The position numbers and the translations under genes are program-made. The notes under the pieces were generated by a model. The model ran no database searches and was not told the DNA's origin. It saw only the letters and a list, made by a program, of their open reading frames with translations. From positions 36,332,001-36,396,000 of the forward strand of contig OX597815.1 of NCBI GenBank assembly GCA_951406725.2: a stretch of 64,000 bases of DNA. Reading direction: 5' to 3'. This stretch comes from Octopus vulgaris. Lineage: Eukaryota. Positions within the stretch are counted from its first letter, which is position 1. Every line of letters starts with the position of its first letter. Below, piece by piece: positions 39,039 through 53,360 of the stretch.

Positions 39039-40606
39039 ACAAATAAATGAAAGAGAGAGAGGGGGTGATGTGCACGTGCACATGCTTATACATATTCCTA
39101 GAGTGCCCTTCCCCACCTTCTCACCTTCTGAACCACCATATTCCAGCACTAGTAAACCTTCTCTACCTTGCAGCTGTAAAAACAAGATAATTCATTTAGT
39201 TTTAACATTCTGTCTTTTCATAAAAGCATAAAGCCTCAAATGGTCCTCTGACCAATTGACAGTTCAGTATAGATGGGGATGGTGGCAGTGATGGTGGCAG
39301 TGATGGTGGTGGTGGTAATGGCAGTAATGGTGGTGGTGGTAGTGTGGAATTTGAATGATGACTAACTAAATTACAGCAAGTGTTTGTTTGACTCAACAAA
39401 AATCTTATTGAACACAAAGCAACAAGATATTGTCTGAAAGCTGATATCTTTCTAATGATATATACAGATGTTATCATAAGGGATTGCCTTGTTTGTATTA
39501 TTATTAGCATCATCATCATCAATGTCATAAACATCATCATCTTAACAGCTACTATTACCAATACTACCTATTTCTTTATTACCCACAAGGGGCTAAACAT
39601 AGAGGAGACAAACAAGGACAGACATAGGTATTAAGTCGATTATATCGACTCCAGTGCGTAACTGGTACTTAATTTATTGACCCCGAAAGGATGAAAGGCA
39701 AAGTCGACCTCGGCGGAATTTGAACTCAGAATGTAATGGCAGATGAAATACCGCTAAGCATTTTGCCCGGCGTGCTAACGATTCTGCCAGCTCGCCGCCC
39801 TAACCAGCTCACTGCCCTTAACCCCTACCACAACCATATGGTGGTTTAATCAGTTAGAAATAGCAGGTATACCTCCTTCAAATCACACCCTGTTATCCTA
39901 AAAAAACGGAAGGGTACAATAGACAATGTTTTCCCTAGTATACAAAATAGCAAGATAGTAATGACCAGAATGTCTGTGACTATAAGTCAGATCAATCAAA
40001 ACTGATATAAGACTAAACAACAAGCTGACAATCATTATCATCAATGCAACCAACTTTATTGCTGGTATCTTCATCACAGCCATCACTACTATCATCAACA
40101 GTATCACCATTATCATCATCATTAAATCACCCCCACAACTCGCCATGACCATCAGAGACAATTCAACAAATGAGTCTCTACATGATCATGTAATATACTA
40201 GAAATAGCAGCCAAACCATCCTTTTCTTTAAAAAAACAAGAAAAAAAAAACAAGACAGAATGTATAATATAGTCTAGATATATGTTTGAAAACTAAAACT
40301 GGATGGTCATGGTAGAAACGTCTTTAATCCTAGGTCTGTTCAATGAGAGTTATCCTGAAGTTAAACAATAACAACAATAATCATTATCATCACTAGCACC
40401 AGCATCACAATTATAATTATCATTGTTGTCATCATCATACAAAATAACCATCAACAGCATCGCAATCTTTTTAATTATCATTGCTCTCATCTAATATTAG
40501 ATTCTTGATCAATTATTGAACTGATGCAGATATACTTCTCAGTCAGTACTATATTGTCACTGCTATTTTTCATTCCATCTTCAAGGATCTATATAATAAG
40601 AAAATA

Positions 40607-40988
40607 GGCAATGGCCCAGTGGTTAGGGCAGCGGACTCGCAGTCATAGGATCGCAGTTTCGATTCCCAGACCGGGCGTTGTGAGTGTTTATTGAGCGAAA
40701 ACACCTAAAAGCTCCACGAGGCTCCGGCAGGGGATGGTGGTGATCCCTGCTGTACTCTTTCACCACAACTTTCCCTCACTCTTACTTCCTGTTTCTGTTG
40801 TACCTGTATTTCAAGGGGTCGGCCTTGTCACTCTCTGTGTCACGCTGAATATCCCCGAGAACTACGTTAAGGGTGCACGTGTCTGTGGAGTGCTCAGCCT
40901 CTTACACGTTAATTTCACGAGCAGGCTGTTCCGTTGATTCGGATCAACCGGAACCCTCATCGTCGTAACCGATGGAGTGTTTCCATCC
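40607..40988 (+). mobile_element. tRNA-Arg-like SINE family C
   Basis: 12-bp TSD AATAAGAAAATA (40595-40606 / 40989-41000), A box TGGCCCAGTGG, B box GTTTCGATTCC. Closely similar to 54624-55011. Confidence 0.92.
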
Positions 40989-41765
40989 AATAAGAAAATA
41001 TAGTAACTATCCTTGGGTGTACTTAATAGTTGTTAAGTTCCAAAACCATACAAAACTTGGCAAAATTTGAACACAGAATCAGGAAGTTTCCAAATACATC
41101 AAATTTATGAATCAGTAATGAAAGTGAGATGAAGGTTGACTAGGAGAGTATCTGAATACAGAAACATGAAGTAGTAAAATAAAACAAAGGTAAGTATAAA
41201 TCCTAGCACTACTATTTGTGCCATTTCAACAACGCTAGTATTAACTATTACTATACATAAGGAATACAAAAATATATCATAACAATAGGAAAGCACACAC
41301 ACAAAAACTTCCTACACAGAAGAATTTAATATGAGAAAGCAAAAATATTAAATCAGAAGAGAAAAAAATTCAATTAGAGGATAATGCAAAATGGCAATTA
41401 AAAGTCTTCTGTGAACAATTCCAAAGACATAAATCAGAAGAACTTTAGCAAAGATCAGAGCTGTATCTACTTCCAAAGTTTACACTAGACAAGAGAGAGG
41501 GTGATTTCATAATTGCAGCTCAATTATAATGTCTCCCAAACTGGTTACCATCAAAATTATTTGGCGTGACAGGACACCAAGCCCAAATACCAAACGTGTA
41601 GTAATTTTGAGAAAATTATGTCTTAGCTGGGTGCTATGGAGACCTTTTTTTTTAAATATCAATGATGCGCTACAAGTGCATAACAATTTGTGTAAGTGTG
41701 TGGGGGGATATCATGCATCTGTCTATAAAGATGAAAATAATTTTTTTTATTTTATTTTATTTTTA

Positions 41766-42258
41766 TTTATCTAGTTTCAGCTCACTAGCTGTGGCCATGC
41801 TGGGGCACCGCCATTTGGTGCTGCTACATGATTTTACTTCACGAATGCTTTTTAGCAATTGCCATTTGGTGCATGAGAGAGTTTGATGCAGCTGCCCTCA
41901 TCTGCACCTCCTGCCGTGAAGTTGGTTCATCTTGGATACCTGACAAGAAGAGATCCAGTTTCATTTTAAAGACATCTGCATCCACCCCATGCAGGTCTCT
42001 TAGGTTCTTCGGGAGGATATTGAAGAGCTGTGGGCCTTGGAAGCCCAGGCTATCACAGTATCTTGTCCTACATCTTGATGGCAAATTTGGAGTCCTTGGC
42101 ACTATGCAGTGGCGCCCACTTCTGGCATTTGTGTAACTCTCGATGCCAAAGTTTGGGACAAGTCCTTCTAGGATCTTCCAGATGTTTATTATGGCATATC
42201 TTTCTTGCCTACGCTCTAAGGAATAGAGTCTCAATCTCTTGAGTCTTTCCCAATAATG
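41766..42258 (-). mobile_element. 5'-truncated CR1-type LINE 3' end
   Basis: HYWERLKRLRLYSLERRQERYAIINIWKILEGLVPN..GPQLFNILPKNLRD..FKMKLDLFLSGIQDEP, then a short 3' UTR and A-rich tail. Confidence 0.85.
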
Positions 42259-44539
42259 AATTTAAAATTTTACAAATTCATAACTATGTGACATATTAAA
42301 ATTACTGATTTGGTCTTAAGATTTAAACTATTCCTGTCATACTGGATTTTATAGGCTTTGTCAGCAAGTGGTTTTATATTGGAAATGTGGTCAAGGGATT
42401 CCTCACCCTTGATCTAAATAGTTATTTGACTAGAAACAGAATAGTGGCAAATTTCCTTTGAATTTCCATTCATCAATCTTAAATGAAGTAAAAACATATG
42501 ACTTATGCAGAATTGGATACACAAAGTCTAGCAGGGAGGAAGGCTGGGAAGGTCACAGTTTCAATGTTTATGTCTCTAAAGAGTTAAACAAACACTTTGA
42601 CAAAGTAGCTTTGAATGTCTTTTGTTGTTTACTTGATTCAGTCATTGGATTGTGGTTTTGAAGGGTTTTGATTGAACAAATGAACCCCAGGACTTATTCT
42701 TAAGTCAGATACTTATTTTATTAGTCTCTTTTGCTCAACTACTGAGTTACAAGGATGTAAACAAAGCAACACTGGTTGTGATTAATGGGGGAGACAGAAA
42801 GACACAATTACAAAAATACACACATATACATGATGAGTTTCCACACAGTTTCCATCTGCCAAATTCACTCACAAGGCATTGGTCAGCCCAGGTCTATAGA
42901 AGCAGACACTAGCCCAAACTGTTGTGCATTTGGGCTGAACCTGAAACCACTTGGTTACAAAGTGAGCTTCTTGACCACACAACCATGCCTATGACTACAG
43001 AAGTCTACAAATATTAAGTGATAGCAGCATAGTTGTTCTGTAGGATACGCGTATGTACGATACATGCATGCATGTAAAACCAGTCTGACATTGTCAGTAA
43101 AGATTAAAAGTTCAACACTAATGTTATTGACAAAAATATGTAAGTGAAAATTGTTGGACAACTCTCCAAATACAAAAGCCTGAAGGAGATACAAGAACAG
43201 TTGTTATAGTTATTGGTTCTTAAGAACAATTTGAAAAGAAATGAAATATAAAAGTGGACTCCTTGGTAAACCTTCCAAGTATGGCTCAAAAGCTAGTCCT
43301 CTTAGGAAGTAAACACATTTATATGAAAACTATTGATCACTGATCCAAGATAACACAATATACTCAATTATGAACTATGTTACACATATCACAGATTCTT
43401 CTGTGATATCACAGGTTGATGATCAGTTGAAAATTCTGCTTGTACTGCAAAATACAAATAATGTTTTAAATGCATTGTTCTTTATTTAGTGCGCACTATA
43501 TTGTGATTAAGGTGATCTAGACGTAAGTTGTATGTTTATGGATTTGTATTACTTTTATACAGACTTCAAATTCCAAAGTCAAAAAAGAGCTCATAAGGAC
43601 TGATAATTTTAGTTTTGTGGTGTCGAGACAAATCAGTCCTTGAAGCTGAATTAAATGAAAATCAACTGAAGCAGTACAATGATGCTTAAGTGATAAGAGT
43701 GATTTGAACAAAAAGCTCTTTTTCTACAAGGAAAAGGACTATTCTTGAAACAATATCGTTTTTGACAACTACTGCTACTATAATGCAAATTGGAAAAAAA
43801 GGGAAGCAAAAGTGAAATATAGAAAAATCATTTTCACTTTTTAATTTCAATATTTTGTCTTCAAAAAAACCATTATCTAGAGAAAATGGAGTCTAAGATT
43901 ATCTCTGATCTACACAAGTAGGGAAATGGAAAGTAGGGGTTACAACATGTACAAATCGGTAGCAACAAATTTAAGTTAGAGCCATGCAGCATTTTACTGA
44001 TGTTGATGGTGGGTTGCAATTATTTGATAAGAACGACCTCTTCAGTTTTCATGTTTTCAATATTCTATGAAATATACTACTACTCGTCCAAAATACTTAT
44101 TATAAAAGCACATTAAATTCTAACAATTCACACTTTTTACATGTTTGTCAGTAATTTTTTTTTCTCATCAGACCATTGAATCAGACCATTCACAAAGCTA
44201 TCAACAGGATACATGTGTGACCTGCTGCATTTTAGGTACCCGTAAACTGAATTCAAGGGTGAAAAAAGTCATGAGTGGGGGTGGGGTGCCAAGTCATAGT
44301 AAAAAGTCACTGGTAAAAGTCACAGAAAATAATTTAGAGTGCCCCCACCCCCACCCCACAAGCACATATTCTCTCTCTCTCTTTCTCTATCTCCCTCACA
44401 CACACACACACAAATATATATTGTGATTTTTTTCACGTGTAATGCCATTATATAAATTGTGTTGTCACTATGTGCAACAAATGCATTTTAAACAACAGCA
44501 ATTACTACTATTATTTCTGTTATAGAAGTTGCTGTTGTT

Positions 44540-44960
44540 GCATTGGGCAGGACATATTTGCAGGATGGAGGGCAGCAGGTTCCCAAAGGCAGGTTTCTAC
44601 GCTGAACTACGTCAGGTGCAAGCAGAACTGTAGTGGTCAGAGATTGCAATACAAGGACGTGCTGAAGAGACACATGAAGAACTCTGGCATCTCCCCAGAT
44701 GCTTGGAAGGAGAAGGCTCAGCAGTGCAATGAATGGCACCTATTGCTGAAATTCATAATTCCAGCTATTGAGGAGGAACAACAGATAGAATATGAAAGAG
44801 CAAATGAAGAGGTGTCACTTCCCTGTTGCACCAAGTAGTTTCACTCACAGCAGATGTCATTGCCACTGGAGATGAAGAGCAGGCCTTGTAGTCCACATAT
44901 GAAGTCTGCCAGAGATGATTAATCAAATGAGTACAGTCAACGTCAACCTACAACATGCAG
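44540..44960 (+). mobile_element. RTE/BovB-like LINE 3' fragment
   Basis: SGQRLQYKDVLKRHMKNSGISPDAWKEKAQQCNEW matches the RTE-BovB C-terminal GGQRxRYKD..W..A.DR..W pattern. Confidence 0.7.
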
Positions 44961-47723
44961 CAGCAGCAGTAGGAGAAAGAGGAGAAGAAGAAAAGCAACT
45001 GTTCAAATGTCTTTAACCTGAGAGGACCTGCAAAGATTATAAGCATGTCCTTCTTCTTCCCTCCATTAACTTAGTAGAAAAAAAAATCAAAAATTAATAG
45101 TGCTTTACATCAACAAAAATCTACAACAAAAACTCAGACCACCATAAACTCAAAAGAAAAAAAACTATACAAATATAAACCAAAAGCCTGTATATAGAAT
45201 TTTCCCAGTTCTAAAGACCACCAATTTCCCACTTCCATTATTTTGGGAGAATTAAGAGAGTGGAGGAAGAAGTTCTTTTTAATATTTAATTTTACCAAGA
45301 GGGCAGTGAGCTGATAATATTTGAAACCAATATTTAATTGCACAAAGATAGCAAGCTGGCAGAATCATTAGGATGCCAAGCTAAATGCTGAGTGGCATTT
45401 CATCTGTCTTTACGCTTTGAGTTGCCAAAATTTGAAACCTCCTTTGTGTTTTTAAGTTAAAAAATCCTGCCAAGGATGATTGCTCTCCATCCTTTTGGGA
45501 TCGACACAACAAATACTGGTTATGTCCTCAATATAATCAACTCTCCAAAACTTATGGCCATGTGCCAATGTTAGAAATAATACTGTTAAATCTTTATTTG
45601 ATAAATTCTAAAGATATTTCAGATTTGTATTAACTATTTTCATGAGAGATTTAATCTGAGATTGTATGCTGAAACAGAAACATCACGGTAGAATTATGAC
45701 AGTGATTTAAAACACATATGTTATTATATTAAGCTTGGTTTTATCTGTATTATTACAACATAATACATATCAATGCCTTTCATTGTACATTTACAACATG
45801 CTGGCCATTGATACTCTATTCTAGTGAATATGGTGGAATATATAATAATATCACAAAATAAAATAAGTGAATAATATAATGGTTTATATGTCTCAACACT
45901 GTTTGCAATTGTTTTTAACATATTTTATATTAAATATTTCTATATAAGTGTGTGTGTGTGTGTGTGTGTAATAAGAAAACATACCTTCTCTGATGATGTG
46001 TAGTTTGTTGACACAGTGGTGGTCATAATGCATTACATACATAGTATGCTTATGTGTGTACTTATGTTTTCCTCATTATCATCCTCATAGTTTGAATGTC
46101 GACTTTTCCATGTTTGCACGGGCCAGATGAAATTTGATGAGGCAGATTTTCTAAGGCCAGATGTCCTTGTCACCAACAAACACATGTAAAGTTAATATTT
46201 CTTTTCTATCATCCTGTCACTCTTCTCACCCAGTCAGGTAACAAAGATGAGCCTGAGGCAACCTTTCTGGTGCCAATGAATGAATGAGACACTACATAAG
46301 GAATCCCTTTTTTTCATTCCAGGGACAAGATAATCATTCTAACAGTGTTGATGTCATAATAAAATGCATCCAGTAAACACTGTAAAGTGACTGGCAATTG
46401 AAAGGGCAACTAGCCATAAAAGCTATGCCAAAAATTCTAAAGTACAAGCAGTGTGTGGCCCCCAATTCATGTAGGAGAGCAGTAACTCAAGAGATCTAAC
46501 TCAAACTGTAGCAACCCATCCAATCCATACCAGCATGGAAAATCAGGAGTAAAATGATATTTATGTGTGTATGTGTATGCATTATGCATGTGTGCATGTG
46601 CATTAGATATACATTCATACATAACTCTATGAAATGATGCCATAGCTTTGCATTTTTTCTTTCACTGCTTATGTGGATATAGTGGGGGAAAACATTTATT
46701 TATAATGTACCTATTTGCATGCAAGCAGTTCTAAAAATTTTGACAAATTTCAATACTGTATGAGCAATTGATTTTACAGTTGGTTTCTCCACGACTGGAA
46801 CCTGTTTGTTAGTCATTCAGTAAGTATCGAAAACTGCAGTATGTTAGCATGTTACAAAGAAAAGAAATACCTTGTGTGCAGAGCCCTTCCTTAAATATCA
46901 ATATTCTTTCTTTGTAGTATACACACCTCAATATTTTGATATTTTTACTGAATTGACACTTACAAATATGGATCACCACCGATAAACATTTTGAATTCTT
47001 GAGTTTATATTTAGCTGACTAAAGTAAATTGTACATCTTTCTCAAGGGTACGACAAAATGTCGTAAGTGTGATGTGAATTAATGACCATAAGGATGCTAG
47101 TACTTATTTTAGTACTTTCATTTCCACAAAAATATTTACAAAGGATAATTGTAAATATTTGTAATCTTAATTATCCTACACTACATTTAAAAGTTGTGCA
47201 AGGAAAAAACAATAGAATATCAGGCAAATAGATCCAGGGTAAGTAGCAGTCAAAAAAGAAGCAGAAATAAAAGAAGAGAAAACCAATTCAATTTACACTT
47301 AAAGACATATAAAAAAGAATGGTATCAACTAAAGGAAAAATTATCTTAGTTCTCTAATTTAATAAATTTGGGGAAAACGTAACTGAAAATACAAAGTTAT
47401 CATGAACTTATTCACATATTGACCTTAGTCAAACAATGAAAGAAAGAAATAAGTTTTCTTCACAGTCAGAAACATAATCAGATAAAACATAGAAATGTGA
47501 GAAGCCAATGAAGGAAACAAGAGCTAGACTGCCTGTTGTGTAATTTAAATGCTTTCTAGAGGTGGTAGTTAGTGTTGTATAGCAACAGTGATTGCCATCC
47601 CTTTTCTTTTTTCAATTACAGTGTATCTAGGACTACACTGTTCATGTGTCTTGTAGTAAGTAACATTGTAGAGTTTGATTTAAAGGTAATTTGCTTACTA
47701 TTTCAAACGGGACGCAGATACCT

Positions 47724-47895
47724 GTTTAGCCCCAAGTCAACTCTGAGCTGACCTATGATTAAAAGCATTCCAGCCATGATTTTGTGTATGTAGGACTACA
47801 TTATATAATGTATCCCTTCTTAATTAAGACAAACAGCCAGAGTGTGATTCAAGGTAAAAAACTGGCTGTCACTTCTAGTAAGTCGAGTAACTACT
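47724..47895 (+). repeat. Old abundant interspersed repeat (copies also ~33535-33910, 51010-51195, and on minus strand ~39850-40025, 40180-40370, 58420-58920)
   Basis: Recurring TTTAGCCCCA..GACCTATGAT..GCATTCCAGCCATGA..GGACTACATT..GTGTGATTTGA..TTTGGCTGCTATTTCTAG motifs. Confidence 0.7.
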
Positions 47896-50215
47896 TTTGT
47901 AAATATACAAAATGTTAGAGTTTACATTAAGTTTATTTACATTTATCAACAAAAACATACTGTTTGCAACTGAATAACGTGATCAGATAAAAGAACACAA
48001 CCAACTTATGAATTTAAATCATTTTCTTTAACTTCAAATTTATAGATTCCTGGAGTAATACACCAAGCAATACAGTAGAAATATCATTCTTGAACATTTT
48101 CATATTCAGACATGGATAAAGGCAAGTGAAATAGTGATAAATATGATTTTCTCTAAGGTCACATTACTAAGTAAAAGACTGTAGTAACTGATTCCATTTC
48201 ACCTAAGTTTAACCCCTTAGGATTTCAATCAGCCATATCTGGCCAAAATATTTGACCTGTTTTATGATCAAACCAGCTAGATCTGGCCTCTCACACCTAT
48301 TCTGCAATGTCATACTAAAAATCATCACATCATTGAAATCTCAAAGCTATGAAATAATTAATGCATGATAAATTCAAAACAATATAAATAAATAAGCATT
48401 ACATTTGATAGAACAAAGATCACTAAATGGTTAGGCAGCAACTTGGTCAAACAAAACCCTGTTAACTGAATCACATTACTGTTTCTCCTATAGTGATAAA
48501 TATTGAATTCTAACAAAGGCACAAGACTTCAAATACTGAATTCACAACTCCCAGTTATATAACACTACATGAAATTAAAGATTTACCAATGCTAATGAAA
48601 GCAGAGATATCTAATGCAGCAGATTAGATATCTCTGCTCCCATTATCATTGTCATACATCTCAGTTGTGGCCACTTGAAGAAGATACAATTAGTACTTCA
48701 TCGACATAGGAGAAATGAAAAGCAAAGTCACCATCAGCCCCAGTGGAATTTGAACTCAGACCATAAATGATGTAACCAAATACTTTTTTCATCAACACTC
48801 TACCATTTCTAACATCTATCGCCACCCCTTTAATCAACTGTGACATTAGAACAAGATTTGTTGACCCAGTCAGATTTCTTTAACAATTATGTCACCAGGG
48901 TTCAACACTATCAACCTTTTCACAGGATTGTTATTCCAGAGAACTGAAAACAAGTCTATGTTGATAGTATCAATAGCAGACATGGTGAAATCAGTGTATT
49001 AGCTGATACCTAAAACAAAATGATATACCAGCTTATTAATTTCATTAGCAAAAGGGTTTAATTTAATAACATTTCCTAATAGATAATAAATAATAAGGCT
49101 GTAAAGAGATGGGAATCTGTCAAAAACAGATATGACTATAATCTAGGTTAGTCTTTTATCTTTAGAACCCATTAATCAAAGTCATATAATAGAGGATTAT
49201 ACTTCATTTAAGAGTGATGGCTATTCATGCAATTTTCAGTACTGTTTAAAATAGATCTATCACGTTATCAAATTGATATCTTCTTCATCAGCCAATTATC
49301 ATCTATTTAACCTTCTTTATAATAACCTATCAGTATAGGTTTACAAGAGCAAATTTTCTCATTTCCTTCCTTTTTTTCTTTTTTAAAATATCTTTATATA
49401 TACTATTACATAGTATGTAATGAAAGCTATCTTTTCACAATACATTTTAACCCTATAATTATCAATATACAGGGGAAAATATTAGATGTTTTCAGTTTAC
49501 TTAAAGGTAAGAACTATGTTTGATAGAGGGGAAAAATGAAAAAAAAAATAAAATTTTCTTAGTGTGTGCATGCGCACATACACACTAGTATATCTATGTT
49601 ATCAGAAGGGTACACATGTTCGAATGAAATTAAATATAAAATTCTTTTTTTATTTTACAAAATATTTTCTATACCATAAGATGTATTCTGTGTGCATATA
49701 TATGAGTATGTGTGTGTGTGATCATCATCATCATCATTTAACGGTCATTCTCCATGCTGGCATAGGTTGGACAGTTTGTCTAGAGCTGGCAAGCTGCACC
49801 AGGCTCCAGTCTGGTATACATACATACATGCATGCATGTATGAATGCATATAATTATTTGTAGGATTCATTTGAGACAACGTACTTTAGCAGGAAGGAAA
49901 CCAAGAGAAGGTGCAGTTCAGTACATATGTGTATATACCACATAGAAATACATCCATACACACCCATGCATATATGGACATATCCTTACACCTACATATG
50001 TACACACAAATACACACATACATATAAATATACATGTAGATACATACTTATGTACACAGGCATGCAAGTTCACAATCCAATACAAGTTCCAGGTATGGTG
50101 TTTGCATAAAATAAAAACACAAATGGGTTGTCTTCTAATTATATATATATATATATCAGTGGATCATATATCCAAAAAAGAAGGGCACTCTAAAAGTTAG
50201 AGCAGTAATGTATTT

Positions 50216-50292
50216 ACATGAAGTTAAATATATGTCTGGTCATAGAGTGAAACCATTGGTGACTATGACTGGACATATATTTAACTTCATGT
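50216..50292. repeat. Palindrome with 30-bp arms between (TA)n and (TG)n tracts
   Basis: ACATGAAGTTAAATATATGTCTGGTCATAG / CTATGACTGGACATATATTTAACTTCATGT, 28/30 complementary. Confidence 0.85.
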
Positions 50293-52092
50293 GTATGTGT
50301 GTGTGTGAAACTGAATTTTAGAGTATATCTTTTGTACAATGTAATATACTATACAGGAACTAAAATGAAAGTTAAACTGAATTAAAATAAACACATTCTT
50401 TCATTACTATTCATTTTATTCCTAAGGTAGCAAGCTAGCAGAAACAGTAGCATGCCAAGCAAAACGCTTAGCGGTATTTCATCTGCCTTTATGGTCAGAG
50501 TTCAAATTCTATCGAGGTCGACTTTGTCTTTCATCCTTTTGCATACTGGGATCAATCTAATCGACTAGCCCCCTCCCCAAAAATTTCGGGCCTTGTGCCT
50601 AGAGCAGAAAAGAATATTCATTTTATTCCTACTGTTACTCTTCACATACAATTTGCCTCCTACTTCAACACTATCCCATTAATCTGACAGCAAACACAAC
50701 ACAAGCTAATATATTATTTAAATGTAAATTATGCAACAACAGCCAGTTATTATAATTGCTTGCATGCAAGAATGTTAAAATGCAAAGAATGTTTAAAGAT
50801 TGTCCAGGGTTTCAATTTTGTCATTTTCTTCCCATAAAAGTATTATGTTTGAAGCATCAAGAATTAATAACTAGTGTTACAAGATTTTGTCTTAAATGTA
50901 TTAACTTGATATATCCAAATCATTTTAATCGCTTTACCATTAAAACTAGTTAATTCTGACTAACACAGTAGTGTAATTACTTACAATGTCTTGTTGATAG
51001 TATAATTATTGTTTAACCCCAGATTAGTGTGATCTAGCTACTCTATGATCGAGTGTTCCAGTCATGACCATCCCATCAAATTTTCAGAGAATGCCTCTCG
51101 GGCTACATTAACCAATGTCTCACTGTAACTTTAAGATGGTAGGAAGTGATTTGAGGGAGATTTAGCTTCTATTTCTAGCATGTCGAGCAAACCAGTATAA
51201 ACTCAAGCTCAAATTCATGACTTCCACATTAGACTGTGGTTGAGTAGAGAGAACATGATGAGGCCTTTGTTCTACAGTGGACAGTACATGGGCAATCTAT
51301 TCCAATCAAATCCAAACAACCACAATGAGGCTCCCTCATTGGCTCAAGGCAGTGGTAATTGTCCAAACAGGTCATGACCAGCTTTACTGATACCCTATCT
51401 TTACTTGTAGGAAAGGTATCACTAAATCTCAAGAGATCTCATTTTTCTTAGTTTCATAATTTTTTCCCCTGACTATATAACTGAATATGTCTAACATCAA
51501 CAGTAATATTATAAACACTAAATGTTAAGGCTGGTCTGTACTTCACCATAGAATTGAAACCATGTTGTAAATTTGTCGCCTTGCACTTATAGAATTAATT
51601 AATACATGGCATTTATGATGGAAGACTATGTGTACAATATATATGCATTTAATCCATTGGTGACCACATTTCTAGGAATTTCAATTAATTTTGAAATTAA
51701 TTAATTAATTTGAAAATAATCAAGAGTTAAAGAAGATTTACTACAATAACCAACGTTTTCATTAACGAGTTGTTGTTTGGGGAAAATGATCTTGTATAAA
51801 ATCATGATGGAAGACTAATTTAAAATATGAACACTGATAGAATTTTATACCATAAAGCAAAAAATGGTTTCAGGTTTGTTGGTATTTAAATAGTTAAGCC
51901 AGCAGTTATGCTTCAATAACAAACCAATGAGAGAGAGAGAGAGAGAGAGAGCATGAGTTCAAATATTACATTATCAAATCATATAATTTGTAGTACAAAC
52001 TTCACCAACTGCATATCATTGTGTTAAATTTAATAATGCTATAGTCTCATGACAATGAATTTGAATGAGAGATACTGACAACTTTGTTTATA

Positions 52093-53360
52093 TTAGGTCA
52101 TCCCATAAATAATGTGGCCTTTTTTTATACTTCTATTTTTCAAAATTAAGATAAGCAAAGTTCTTTTTCAATCTAAAATATACTCTCCTTCATTTTCTAC
52201 AATGCTCTTCCATCTCTCTGGTAGACATGCGAGGACCTCTTCCAAAATTCACTTGTCCATGACAAAAAATACTCCTCCAGTACTGTTCTGATCTCATCTA
52301 CAGAATTCGTATTTTTTCTGTCCAAATGATTTTGAAGACTTCAGAATAAATGATAATCAGATAAGGCAATTTCCAGCGAATATAGTGGGTGGGGCATCAT
52401 TTCCCATTCAAACTGCTCCACCCTTTGGAATGTCATCCTCACTGTATGTGGCCAAGCATTATCCTGATGGAAGAATACCATTCGTCTTGAAACCAAAGAT
52501 GGTCGTTTTCCTTCTAGTGCTGACTTAAGCCGCTCAAGCTACTCATAGTGGATTTCCTTTGTTATGTTTGGTTAGGGTTTAAAATTTCTTAGTGGACTAA
52601 ACCTTTCAAATCCCACCAAACAGATAACATCTTACATGGGTGAAGACCTTTAGCTTGAGGTGCTGGCATTTCTCCTTCCCCTACCCACTGTCTTTGGCAC
52701 TTGACATTTTTATAGGGAACCCATTTCTCATAACCAGTCACTATTTGGTTAAAAAAAGGTTCATTCTTGAGCTGTGACAGCAAAGAAGAGCACACATACG
52801 CTTTCTGCATGCAATTAGACTCGGAAAGTTGATGAGGAACTCTTTGACCCAATTTGCTGACTTTTCCAATGGCATGCAGGAGTCAATGAATGGTTGAATG
52901 ACCAAATCCAAGCTTCTCTGCTAGTTCCTCAACAATTACAATGGGATTTTGTTCTAGGGTTTGAAGGACACGCTCGTCAAGCTCTACAGATCTTCCAGGA
53001 CGAGGCTCGTCATCTAGACTGTAGTTTCTGGCTTAGAATTTCTGGATCCACCACTGACACTGACTTGTGCTTCTTGTCCAACCTCCATATACTGCATTAA
53101 TATTCCTCACACTTTCCAATACCTTTATTAAACTCATAAAGCAAATTATGCTGAATATGTTCCTTTGTCACTTCCATTATAGCTTTGCAAAAATAACTGT
53201 TAAAATCAAACTGCACTCTTCAAAATTTGCACTAAGAATAAGTACAAGGTAAAATTACTACCTGCTTTTATAGCAAGTTGATGCAGGTAATTTATCCCAA
53301 TCCCCTCCAACTTTTAGTTCATGCAATTGAAAAAACTGCATTATTTATGCGATGACCCAA
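52093..53360 (-). mobile_element. Near full-length (1268 bp) inactive mariner transposon; pseudogenised transposase 52168-53177
   Basis: TA flanks and TIRs TTAGGTCATCCCATAAATAATG / CATTATTTATGCGATGACCCAA. Motifs RVPHQLSE (WVPHEL), IVTGYEKWV (catalytic D>Y), FHQDNAWPH, YSLEIALSDYHLF, with stops and frameshifts. Confidence 0.93.

Noticed and set aside
39202-39561. Proline-rich 119-aa ORF
   Set aside because: It derives from GGT/GAT-type trinucleotide repeats, with no splice or homology support.
40607-40680. tRNA-Arg(TCG) gene (also at 35291 and ~54935-55010)
   Set aside because: No proper acceptor stem or terminator. It continues into a SINE body bounded by TSDs.
40734-40937. Duplicated 67-73 aa ORF (also 54674-54895) as a small protein gene
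   Set aside because: It lies wholly within SINE family C, so the conservation reflects repeat identity.
45983-46040. Minus-strand exon ending AAG|GTATGT (MTTTVSTNYTSSEK)
   Set aside because: Good donor but no convincing acceptor or other support.
48600-48638. Short perfect hairpins (16-bp arms here; 14-bp arms at 18527-18558) as terminators or ncRNAs
   Set aside because: Eukaryotic context and no associated transcript features. Most likely local template-switch palindromes.
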